DNA of 64,000 nt from Bdellovibrionales bacterium (lineage in GTDB: Bacteria > Bdellovibrionota > Bdellovibrionia > Bdellovibrionales > JAUICD01): NCBI GenBank assembly GCA_965203275.1, contig OZ241865.1:288001-352000 (forward strand), given 5' to 3'. This document shows, in pieces, positions 52,195 through 61,408 of the stretch. Positions within the stretch are counted from its first letter, which is position 1. Each line of letters opens with the position of its first letter. Below the pieces are notes generated by a model. It searched no databases, was not told the DNA's origin, and was given only the letters and a program-made list of their open reading frames with translations. The position numbers and the translations under genes were made by a program.

Positions 52195-52488
52195 CTTTTT
52201 CTTTAACATGGTGTTAAAAGACGAAAGGATCCTCCCTACTAAAAGTGGTCAGACAGCAAGCTTCTCTGAAGCTTGCCATGTAACAACACTAGGTTGCCAG
52301 CCTTGATGAAAGAACTTTTTCCTTAACATCATGTTAAAAGACGAAGAGATCCTTCCCTACTAAAAGTGGTCAGACAGCAAGCTTCTCTGAAGCTTGCCAT
52401 GTAACAACACTAGGTTGCCAGCATTTGAGAAGGCGGTAGCCTTCGGCTGGCAACCAGAAAGTGACCAGAGGTCAGACCACTTTTAGTG
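52195..52488 (-). repeat. Mosaic array 5: reverse-oriented element with an extra hairpin and a 121-bp partial duplication
   Basis: Element 52359-52488 and partial copy from 52238; both carry GCAAGCTTC-TCT-GAAGCTTGC. Confidence 0.9.
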
Positions 52489-52517
52489 CAAATCAAAAGA
52501 ATATCCTACTGAGCGTA

Positions 52518-53207
52518 CTAAAGTCCACTGACTGTATTTTCAAGCTTTTTGTTCTGATCTAAAGTCCACTGATCATCGTAATCGTCGGTGAAATCAGGAT
52601 TACCAATAACCCCTAAATTACCCACTGCTCCTATTCTAAACGTCACTGAACTGCCCTGATTATCTATAGCTAAAGCACCAGAGCGAGGAGAGGTCCATGT
52701 TCCACTTGCACCTATGCAAGCACTTTCTGTCGTGTGTGATGAAATACTACAAGAACCACTTCTTGTTCCTTCAGTTATTTTGATGGAGCCTCCACGAAGA
52801 GATACTCCTGCATATGGAACAAGACAATCTGGACAAGCTGCATGTGTATTGACTATATTTTGATTGCTCGTAGTAGCAAGAGGACCCATATATCCTATTA
52901 ACCGGGTTGTACTGTTAATATTATTATTGACAGCATTCCTTTGAGCTGTAGGCCAACCAACCATATAACGTACATCTCCATTCACATCAAAACCTAGCTG
53001 TTCAAAATTGGACGTGCCATAGTCCCACTCCATAATAAATGATATTTCAGCAGTATAAATATTGGCCAGCATAGTTTTTGCTTCTGCCTGCATAGCCTTT
53101 ACTTTGAACTTCCGATATTGTGGAACAGCAAAAGTGGCCAATAATCCAATAATAGAAACCACCACTAAAAGTTCTATGAGAGAAAATCCTGCTTTATTGA
53201 GTTTCAT
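52518..53207 (-). CDS. Type IV pilin
   Basis: KAG|FSLIELLVVVSIIGLLATFAVPQY. Confidence 0.92.
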   Translation of the reverse strand: MKLNKAGFSLIELLVVVSIIGLLATFAVPQYRKFKVKAMQAEAKTMLANIYTAEISFIMEWDYGTSNFEQLGFDVNGDVRYMVGWPTAQRNAVNNNINSTTRLIGYMGPLATTSNQNIVNTHAACPDCLVPYAGVSLRGGSIKITEGTRSGSCSISSHTTESACIGASGTWTSPRSGALAIDNQGSSVTFRIGAVGNLGVIGNPDFTDDYDDQWTLDQNKKLENTVSGL

Positions 53208-53232
53208 AATAATTAACTCCCTTTCATATATT

Positions 53233-53946
53233 TCATAGACCGCTTTTTACATTTTCAAGGTTTTTATGTTCATCTAAAACCCATTCATCATTGATATCTC
53301 CTCCAAGATTGCCAATAGCTCCAATTACAAAAAATATATAACCACTAGGGTTATTACGTATCGCAGAGGCCCCTTTCCGCCATGCTCTATAATAATTATT
53401 CCAAGTACCACCTGCATTAGTACAAGCATTCGGATTTGCACCTGCTGCACCTTCACCTACACTACATCGACTCGCCCTGGCAGGTGTTATCTCAATAGCA
53501 TTAGCTATATTTGTTGCAGACTTATCGGCACCAGCTCGCACACAAGATGGGCAAAGCTTGTGTGTGTTGACTATATCTTGATTGGTACTAGTAGCAAGAG
53601 GGCCACGATAACCTTGAAGTCCAGCACGACTTGTGACATTGATCTGTAAAGCTCCAGATCCACCACTTCGATTGTTAGGATTCCATCCTACCATATAAGT
53701 AATCTCCCCTTGCCCCATTTCAAAACCCATTTGTTCAAGATTAACTGTACCTAGTCCCCATTCATTTATAAAAGTCATCTCTGCTGCATATATACCTGAC
53801 AAAAGAGTCTTTGCCTCTGACTGCATGGCCTTTCTTTTAAAGCTACTGTATTGAGGAATAGCTATGGTAGCTAAAACACCAATAATAGCCACTGTCACCA
53901 TGACTTCTATTAAAGAAAAACCATCCGATAACTTCAAATGTTTCAT
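53233..53946 (-). CDS. Type IV pilin
   Basis: SDG|FSLIEVMVTVAIIGVLATIAIPQY. Confidence 0.92.
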   Translation of the reverse strand: MKHLKLSDGFSLIEVMVTVAIIGVLATIAIPQYSSFKRKAMQSEAKTLLSGIYAAEMTFINEWGLGTVNLEQMGFEMGQGEITYMVGWNPNNRSGGSGALQINVTSRAGLQGYRGPLATSTNQDIVNTHKLCPSCVRAGADKSATNIANAIEITPARASRCSVGEGAAGANPNACTNAGGTWNNYYRAWRKGASAIRNNPSGYIFFVIGAIGNLGGDINDEWVLDEHKNLENVKSGL

Positions 53947-54279
53947 TTGTTATAAAAACCTTTTTTACATTTTTATAAAGTTAAAAAATAAATTTAATAA
54001 TTCCAATGATTTAGCATTGTAATCTTCACATAAGTTATTAAGATAAAGTACGTGTCATTGCTAGCTAGACCTTTGTTAGACTTTTTCACTTCCATTTATA
54101 AATGGAGGGTTTTTAATTTTTTATCTCAACATAACTTTCTTATCGTTTATTATGACACAAAACTTCATACCTTTGTTGAAAAAATCAAATATTTTTATAT
54201 TTTGTATCATAAAGAATCACTTTTTGAATTTTTGTATCATTTTAAATGACTTTGAATGATTTTGAATGACTAAAATAAA

Positions 54280-54355
54280 TGGTAGGGACAGCCGGATTCG
54301 AACCGACGACATCCACTTTGTAAGAGTGACGCTCTACCAACTGAGCTATGTCCCT
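54280..54355 (-). tRNA. tRNA-Val (anticodon TAC)
   Basis: Cloverleaf: acceptor AGGGACA/TGTCCCT, D arm GCTC-AGTTGGTA-GAGC, anticodon loop CT-TAC-AA, T loop TTCGAAT, encoded CCA. Confidence 0.96.
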
Positions 54356-54361
54356 TGTTTT

Positions 54362-54971
54362 CACTCAAAATGAGCCACACCTCTGGTGTGTTTTTGGGCA
54401 TTGCTCTGACAGCTATCGCTGTCTAAAAAGAGCAATGCCGCAAAAAACTGCTCATTTTGAGTAGGGAGGATCTCCTCGTTTCTTAACATCATGTTAAGGA
54501 AAAAGTTCCTTCTATTATTATCTTACTTTGCAAATCTATCAGGTCAAGCCCTTTTCAGAGAATGGAAAGGTCAATTTATTTTCACTAAAAGTAAACTGAC
54601 CTCTGGTCACTTTTGGGCAGTTAGCCCGACGGCGGTAGCCGTCGGGCTAACTGCCCAAAAGTGACCAGAGGCATGATTTATTTTGAGTGAATTAGAAGCA
54701 TATCTTGTTTCCTTAACATAGTGTCAGAAGCAAGGAGATCCTTCTCTACTCAAAATGAACAAGCTTTTGAGGTAGCCAGCCTTTTACGACGGCGTGAGCC
54801 GTCGGGCTGGCTACCCAAAAGTGGCCAGAGGCCAGTTCATTTTGAGTGAGATGTTAAGGAAACAAGATATCTATTCCCGGTATCAGGCAATCAAGCATCC
54901 CGGGATCTGATGCCTGACTACCGGTTTGCCGGATCCCGGATTCCAGATCCCAGATCCCAGATCACGGGTCC
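54362..54971. repeat. Mosaic array 6: forward element, fold-back element, reverse element and heptamer tract
   Basis: 54362-54462 (+); 54583-54690 fold-back; 54748-54848 (-); GATCCCR tract 54875-54971. Confidence 0.94.
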
Positions 54972-55406
54972 ATACAAAAGGAAAGTATCCTAGCACCTAA
55001 ACATCTATAAAAAATAAAAAATACATGATTTTTTTTAAGTTTTGTTTCAATATAATAATGCTATCTTTAATAACTAACAAATTCTAAATTCAGGGCAATC
55101 AGGCAATCAAAGTATGTAAAAATTATATAAATGTAAACAGAGCGTCAATAAAAAAGTAAATAAATTAAAAAAATATCTTAATTTTTACAAAAATTCTTGC
55201 ATTTTTTTTGAAAATAGTGCATATAAGATAAAAAATAACAGTAAAAAGTTAAAAATTTGATTTCTTTTTTTAGCTTTAATAAATTTAAATTTAGTAAACT
55301 TTAATAAAAATGTAAGCTTTAATAAAAATAAATGTTAGAAAAAACCACAATAAACAATAAAATTAATAAATATAACAATAACAAAACAATAACAAAAGGA
55401 GGAATT

Positions 55407-57068
55407 ATGAAACATTTATTATACACTTTATCATTAACATTTATTTTTGGAAATTTTGCTCAAGCAGCAAATGTACCAAAAGTATTTTGCAGTCATTCTT
55501 ACTGGCCAGCCACTGTATCAGATGTACAAGGTGTTTTAAATAGTCAGTCAGAAGCTGATTTGAATCAATCTTGTGGTGCAGAAGGTCATAGAGCCATTCA
55601 CTTTGCATTAATGCAAAATGCTGACTTTGAAACCATTAAAACTCTTGTAACAAAAGGTGCTGATGTGACAATTAAAAATGCAGCTGGTGAAAATGCTGTT
55701 TACCTTGCTTTGCAACATCCATCTCAAGAGGTTTATCAATATGTCTTAAATGCTGCCACACAAACAAACGGATATCGCACCGCTATTTTAGAGGCTGCCA
55801 TTGAAGAAATCATGACAGAAGAGACGGCTCGATTGCATTCCTTTCAAAACATGCCATCTTTTAATGATCATGCAAACAATGATAGCGAAAACTTTGATTT
55901 GTACATCCAGCAATTAGAAGATAGCATTGAAGAACTTAAAGAAAATGTTGAAACTTTTGAAGCAAGATTAGCTACAGAACAAGTCGAACAAAATAAAAAT
56001 GCATTACAAGACCGGATTAAATACAACAATAAATTATTAACGTATTATACACATTTAATAGAACATTATCAAAATGTAGCTCTACATCAACAGGAACATG
56101 GGCAAAAAGTAGCTGATTATTATACTCAATACTATAGCAATTATACACCTGATCCCTGGCACAGAAATGCTCCTGTCGGTGTTTATGTGTCTTTTGATGT
56201 AGGAACTGTTCTTAAAACCATGTTTGATTTGAATAATACTTCTGATGGTCTTCCTACAAATTGTGATACCTTCTTACCTCCTAGCTCTTTCTCATTACCT
56301 CTCACTCATACAAGTTGTATGAACTATGCAGATCGTTGGAAAACACCTTTTGAAACACAAGTGGGTGTGACAGCAGGTGTGATGTTAGGCTATGGATTTC
56401 AACCTTTCTCTACCGATAAAGTCACTCTCAGAGTTGAGGCAGAATATGCACGTCGTCAAATCAGTGGTAATAATACTTGGTCTTCTGCTGTTTTAGGGCC
56501 AAAAGATTCTGAGTTTGCCTTTACACATGAAAGCTTCTCAGAATTAAACACCAATCAGTACTTTGCAAATATTTATGCAGATTTTCCTAAACTGTTGAGC
56601 AAATTAGGTGCAGGACTTCACAATCTAACACCTTACGTAGGATTTGGTTTTGGTAATCTGGATCCCAATATGGATTACACTTCCGTCTGGTATCGGCATA
56701 AAGAAGGAGAGTCTCTCTCTCGTCAAGGCGTCAATCCTAACGCTGCAGGTACTATTTCTGTCGGAAACTTTAAATTTGAAGGAGATAATTCCCCTGCCAC
56801 ACAATGGATTTTTGGAGCAGACTACACTCTGACTAAAAGAATTAAACTAGGGCTTAGAGTACGTATGATGCAAATCCATCAAGAATTTACATCAAGTGAT
56901 CATTATTGGCAGCTTTTAAGAAACCATCAATCAAGGACATCTCCTCACAACGGTCGTCCTATCACTTATAACACCAGTGTAGATGAATTAAACTTTTCTG
57001 ATGTCACTATGCAGTTAAAAGTTTTCTTAGGTAAAAGGAGCAAAAAACCTACTCGTACCTCATTTTAA
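55407..57068 (+). CDS. Ankyrin-repeat, coiled-coil and outer-membrane beta-barrel fusion protein
   Basis: Start at MKHLL (AGGAGG RBS); signal peptide; GHRAIHFALMQ..LVTKGADVTIKNAAGENAVYLAL ankyrin; C-terminal LRVEAEY, FANIYADF, TPYVGFGFG resembling Opa/Msp4-type barrels. Confidence 0.75.
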   Translation: MKHLLYTLSLTFIFGNFAQAANVPKVFCSHSYWPATVSDVQGVLNSQSEADLNQSCGAEGHRAIHFALMQNADFETIKTLVTKGADVTIKNAAGENAVYLALQHPSQEVYQYVLNAATQTNGYRTAILEAAIEEIMTEETARLHSFQNMPSFNDHANNDSENFDLYIQQLEDSIEELKENVETFEARLATEQVEQNKNALQDRIKYNNKLLTYYTHLIEHYQNVALHQQEHGQKVADYYTQYYSNYTPDPWHRNAPVGVYVSFDVGTVLKTMFDLNNTSDGLPTNCDTFLPPSSFSLPLTHTSCMNYADRWKTPFETQVGVTAGVMLGYGFQPFSTDKVTLRVEAEYARRQISGNNTWSSAVLGPKDSEFAFTHESFSELNTNQYFANIYADFPKLLSKLGAGLHNLTPYVGFGFGNLDPNMDYTSVWYRHKEGESLSRQGVNPNAAGTISVGNFKFEGDNSPATQWIFGADYTLTKRIKLGLRVRMMQIHQEFTSSDHYWQLLRNHQSRTSPHNGRPITYNTSVDELNFSDVTMQLKVFLGKRSKKPTRTSF

Positions 57069-57087
57069 TCCATCGTATGGTTTGGTT

Positions 57088-58083
57088 CACTAAAAGTGAA
57101 CGGACTTTTGAGGCAATGACCATTTTATCGACGGCTACCGCCGTCGTAAAAGGCTAGCTACCTCAAAAGCTTGTTCATTTTGAGTAGAGGAGGATCCTTT
57201 TATTCCTTTACAGCATGTTAAGGAAACAAGATATGTTTCTAAAATGTTTTTAAGGAGTACGGCTCTGCCTGCAATAAAAGAACTTTTTCCTTAACATTTC
57301 ACTCAAAATGAACTGGCCTCTGGCCACTTTTGGGTAGCTAGCCCGACGGCTACCGCCGTCGTAAAAGGCTAGCTACCTCAAAAGCTTGTTCATTTTGAGT
57401 AGAGGAGGATCTTTTTATTCCTTTACAGCATGTTAAGGAAACAAGATATGTTTCTAAAATGTTTTTAAGGAGTACGGCTCTGCCTGCAATAAAAGAACTT
57501 TTTCCTTAACATTTCACTCAAAATGAACTGGCCTCTGGCCACTTTTGGGTAGCTAGCCCGACGGCTACCGCCGTCGTAAAAGGCTAGCTACCTCAAAAGC
57601 TTGTTCATTTTGAGTAGAGGAGGATCCTTTTATTCCTTTACAGCATGTTAAGGAAACAAGATATGTTTCTAAAATGTTTTTAAGGAGTACGGCTCTGCCT
57701 GCAATAAAAGAACTTTTTCCTTAACATGTGGTCAAGAGACGAAGAGATCCTCCTTACTAAAAGTGGTCAGGCTTTCTAGGTTGCCAGCTTTTGAGAAGGC
57801 GAATAGCCTTCGGCTGGCAACCAGAAAGTGACCAGAGGTCAGACCACTTTTAGTGAACCAAAAACATCTTGTTTCATTAACATCGTGTTCTTCTGGGATC
57901 CGGGAACCGGGATCCGGCAACCCGGCATCAGAAAGAACTCTTTTTCCTTAACATGGTGTAAAAAAACGAGGAGATCCTCCCTACTCAAAATGAGCAGTTT
58001 TTTGCGGCATTGCTCTTTTTAGACAGCGTAAGCTGTCAGAGCAATGCCCAAAAACACACCAGAGGTGTGGCTCATTTTGAGTG
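57088..58083. repeat. Mosaic array 7: flipped chimera, 215-bp tandem units and two reverse elements
   Basis: Chimera 57088-57185; forward elements 57300-57400 and 57515-57615 (period 215); reverse elements 57756-57855 and 57983-58083; heptamer tract ~57895-57930. Confidence 0.95.
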
Positions 58084-58171
58084 CGACAGACCTAAAGTCC
58101 AAACTATATTTTTTTTGAAAAAAACTATGCGAAAGGATATATTTTTTATATTTTTGTGTTAAAATAGTTAT

Positions 58172-59014
58172 ATGGAGCAAAAAACAATCATTTATATATC
58201 TATAGCAAGTATTTTATGTTTACTGGGGGTTTTTTACTTTTATAAGAGTTCATCCCCAGTAGATATAGATCAAGATATGGAAGATGCAAACTTCACTCTG
58301 TCAAAAGGAGCATTAGAGCAAGCTAGCCGAGTCCCTTCCCAAGAGACAAAAAAAAATCTACCTCTTATATTAGAAGACCCTGAAGAAGAAATTAACTTAG
58401 ATGATTATGACAGGGAAGATATAGATGAATTTTTAAACAAACATTATCCTTCCCCCAATGCTGATTATCTATGGCAAGCAGTACAAGATGACAGTGGTCA
58501 GATCACAGGATGGGTTGGTGACGGGGATGTTTCTTCATCTGATGGAATATGGGGATGGGCTAAAGAGTTAGCTCCTCTTTTTGGTGTCACACCAAATCAA
58601 ATAGCTCAACCTCAAGTCTCTGATGCAGGTACTATAGGTACTAACTACTACCTTCAACAGGTTGTCAATGGTTATGAGGTTTATGGTGCTGCTCTACAGG
58701 TCTTTGTAAATAAACAAACAGGACGCGTTTATCAAATCAATGATCATTTAAGAGAAGTCCGTGAATTTGACACAACAATACAAGTTTCAAGAGAAGAAGC
58801 CAGACAAAAGGCTATTGATCATTTTCAAGGAGATAGCCCTCAAGAGATCAATCCTAGCAAGTATCCAAATCCCCAGCTTTATGTAGGACGAGATAACTCT
58901 CAACAGCTCGGATGGATATTCGATATTAAAACAGATAACAATGTCATGAACGTTATTGTCGGAGCTATAGATGGCCAAATATTATTTAGTCAAGGCACCC
59001 GCATTTTCCACTAA
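58172..59014 (+). CDS. Membrane-anchored protein with FTP/PepSY-like propeptide domains and no catalytic domain
   Basis: N-terminal TM helix; YYLQQVVNGYEVYGAALQV; VSREEARQKA; IVGAIDGQIL. Confidence 0.65.
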   Translation: MEQKTIIYISIASILCLLGVFYFYKSSSPVDIDQDMEDANFTLSKGALEQASRVPSQETKKNLPLILEDPEEEINLDDYDREDIDEFLNKHYPSPNADYLWQAVQDDSGQITGWVGDGDVSSSDGIWGWAKELAPLFGVTPNQIAQPQVSDAGTIGTNYYLQQVVNGYEVYGAALQVFVNKQTGRVYQINDHLREVREFDTTIQVSREEARQKAIDHFQGDSPQEINPSKYPNPQLYVGRDNSQQLGWIFDIKTDNNVMNVIVGAIDGQILFSQGTRIFH

Positions 59015-59077
59015 AAATCAATATATTTCTTATTATTTCAGGATGCTCAAATCTCAAATATTATAGAATTTCACAGC

Positions 59078-60355
59078 TTATATAATATTTTTGTTAAAAG
59101 TTTTAGAAGGGGGAGAGGATTCCATATAGAGAGGAAAAGACTGGCTGAGTTGTTTGACCTCTTGCTTTATAGATTGCAATTTTTCTTTATGGTCTATACA
59201 GTGGATAGCTTTATGGATCCAAGAAGCAATGCATTTCATCTCTGTGGAACCCATGCCTCTTGTGGTTAAAGCTGGTGTTCCAATTCTTATACCACTTGTC
59301 ACAAAAGGAGATCTTTTTTCATTAGGGACAGTATTTTTATTCACTGTGATGCCTGCCATACCTAGAGCTTTTTCCGCAACTTTACCTGTGATCTCCGTAC
59401 GTGATAAGTCTAATAGCAAGAGATGATTGTCTGTCCCTCCTGTGACCAAATCAAAATTTTTATTCAAAAGCTCATCGGCTAAAATTTGAGCATTGTCTAT
59501 GACTTTTTGTGTGTATGCTTTAAACTCAGAGGTCAGAGCCTCTTTAAAGGCAACTGCTTTAGCTGCAATGACATGTTCTAAAGGGCCTCCCTGTAGACCA
59601 GGGAAAATCTTTGAATTGATTTTTCGAGCGTTTTCTTCTGTTTGAGTTAAGATCAATCCCCCCCGAGGTCCACGTAAGGTTTTATGTGTTGTGCTGGTGA
59701 TAAAATCAGCTACATCTACAGGGGAGTCATGCACTCCGCCTGCTACGAGTCCTGCAAAGTGAGCCATGTCCACGAGCAGAGTTGCTCCCACCTCAGAAGC
59801 TATTTCCTTAAATTTTACAAAGTCTAATTGACGGGGGTAGGCACTATAGCCTGCAATCAAAATATGAGGCTTATATTCTTTAGCTAAGGCACGAATATGA
59901 TCATAGTTAAGAAGATTTGTTTGAGGGTCTAACCCATAAGAAACTACAGAAAAAAGTAACCCACTGAAATTAACAGGAGATCCATGAGTTAAGTGACCTC
60001 CATGACAAAGGTCCATCCCCATAATCACATCCCCTGGCTTGGCCACAGCAAGATAGGTTGCCATATTGGCTTGTGACCCTGAATGGGGTTGTACATTTGC
60101 ATAAGCTACATTAAAAAGCTCTTTTGCTCTATCAATAGCTATTTGTTCTATTTGATCTATAAATTGGCAACCTCCATAATATCTCCGCCGGGGATACCCT
60201 TCTGCATATTTATTAGTTAAAATAGAACCTTGAGCCTGCATGACTGCGTCAGAGACATAATTTTCAGAAGCAATCATCTCTAACCCATGTAGCTGTCTTA
60301 TTTTTTCTTGTTCAATAGCCTCTTGAATTTGGAAGTCTGTTTGTTTTAAATCCAT
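59078..60355 (-). CDS. glyA: Serine hydroxymethyltransferase
   Basis: [20 protein letters not shown] and [12 protein letters not shown] motifs. Confidence 0.97.
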   Translation of the reverse strand: MDLKQTDFQIQEAIEQEKIRQLHGLEMIASENYVSDAVMQAQGSILTNKYAEGYPRRRYYGGCQFIDQIEQIAIDRAKELFNVAYANVQPHSGSQANMATYLAVAKPGDVIMGMDLCHGGHLTHGSPVNFSGLLFSVVSYGLDPQTNLLNYDHIRALAKEYKPHILIAGYSAYPRQLDFVKFKEIASEVGATLLVDMAHFAGLVAGGVHDSPVDVADFITSTTHKTLRGPRGGLILTQTEENARKINSKIFPGLQGGPLEHVIAAKAVAFKEALTSEFKAYTQKVIDNAQILADELLNKNFDLVTGGTDNHLLLLDLSRTEITGKVAEKALGMAGITVNKNTVPNEKRSPFVTSGIRIGTPALTTRGMGSTEMKCIASWIHKAIHCIDHKEKLQSIKQEVKQLSQSFPLYMESSPPSKTFNKNII

Positions 60356-60538
60356 AAATTCTCTTTTTAAATAGCTTTAGTTTTATTTTTTTTTGTATAC
60401 TTAAAATAAATCTTTTTATTTGATTATTTTTGATTATTGACAAATGAGTTTACAAGTAGAGTTTAAACATTTTAGCATAGAAGTAAAGTTATTTCAAGAT
60501 TTTATGGATGGCCAATATACAAATAAAAACTTTATTGT

Positions 60539-61342
60539 TTGAAGCTTCTTATGAAAAAATATAATTTTTGGTTTTATTTGCTTGTCTTTTCAAGTGTGTT
60601 TATACACACAGCTTGCAGTCATAAGTCTCAACGTAGAGTCCATCAAACAAATCTTCATTTACAACTAGGCAGTCAATTTTTAAGTGCGGGTAATTATCCA
60701 GCAGCTTTTAGGCAATTGACTAGAGCTAAAGATTTACATCCTAATGACCCTGTAGTACATAATCTTTTGGCCTTAACTTACACTGCTAGAAATAAATTTC
60801 AGTTAGCAGAAACTTATTTTAAAAGGGCTTTACAATTAGATCCCCAATATTCAGAAGCTAGAAATAACTTAGGCCGTCTGTATATTCGACTCAAAAGATA
60901 CCCCAGTGCTATCCGAGAGATTAAAAAGGCTATGGAAGATCTCAAGTACCATTCACCAGAAAAAAGTCATGTCAATTTAGGAATAGTGTATTACGTGACA
61001 GATCGACTTCATTTAGCAGAAGAGAATTTTTTACAAGCTCTTGAATTAAATAATAAATATTGTCCTGGATACATTTTTCATGGGAAAACACTTTTAAAAC
61101 AAAGGAAATTTCAACAAGCTTCTACGACCTTTGATGATGCTATCAAGGTTTGTGATAATTTTGATGAGCCTTTTTATTATAGTGGATTAAGCCATTGGCA
61201 TGCAGGTTCTAAAGCGAAGGCTAAAGTGAGATTTGAAAACCTCTTAACTATTTACCCTCAAACAAAATATCGTAACAAAACTCAAATATATCTTAACAAA
61301 TACTTTGCTGAAAACAAAACAGCTCCACAAAATGCTTACTAA
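60539..61342 (+). CDS. TPR lipoprotein, PilF/Tgl pilotin-like
   Basis: Lipobox HTAC; TPR repeats (VHNLLAL, ARNNLG, SHVNLG); start may be MKKYN at 60551. Confidence 0.75.
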   Translation: MKLLMKKYNFWFYLLVFSSVFIHTACSHKSQRRVHQTNLHLQLGSQFLSAGNYPAAFRQLTRAKDLHPNDPVVHNLLALTYTARNKFQLAETYFKRALQLDPQYSEARNNLGRLYIRLKRYPSAIREIKKAMEDLKYHSPEKSHVNLGIVYYVTDRLHLAEENFLQALELNNKYCPGYIFHGKTLLKQRKFQQASTTFDDAIKVCDNFDEPFYYSGLSHWHAGSKAKAKVRFENLLTIYPQTKYRNKTQIYLNKYFAENKTAPQNAY

Positions 61343-61408
61343 ATGAAATTATAAGTAAGTTAAACTTTGATGATTTGAAAGCCTCAAAATCTATAAATTC
61401 TAAAGAAT

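Noticed and set aside
52156..52209. N-terminal extension of PurC in the ORF track
   Set aside because: The upstream ATG comes from the repeat tail (TTAACAT); PurC similarity starts near MSYQN.
32740..53946. Diversity-generating retroelement acting on the pilins
   Set aside because: No reverse transcriptase and no template/variable repeat pair differing only at adenines was seen.
54280..54355. Prophage or genomic island integrated at tRNA-Val
   Set aside because: No duplicated tRNA 3' end and no adjacent integrase or phage genes were seen.
54362..54462. Elements as simple rho-independent terminators
   Set aside because: Many lie upstream of or between divergent gene starts, they are multi-branched, and they lack a terminal U-tract after the closing stem.
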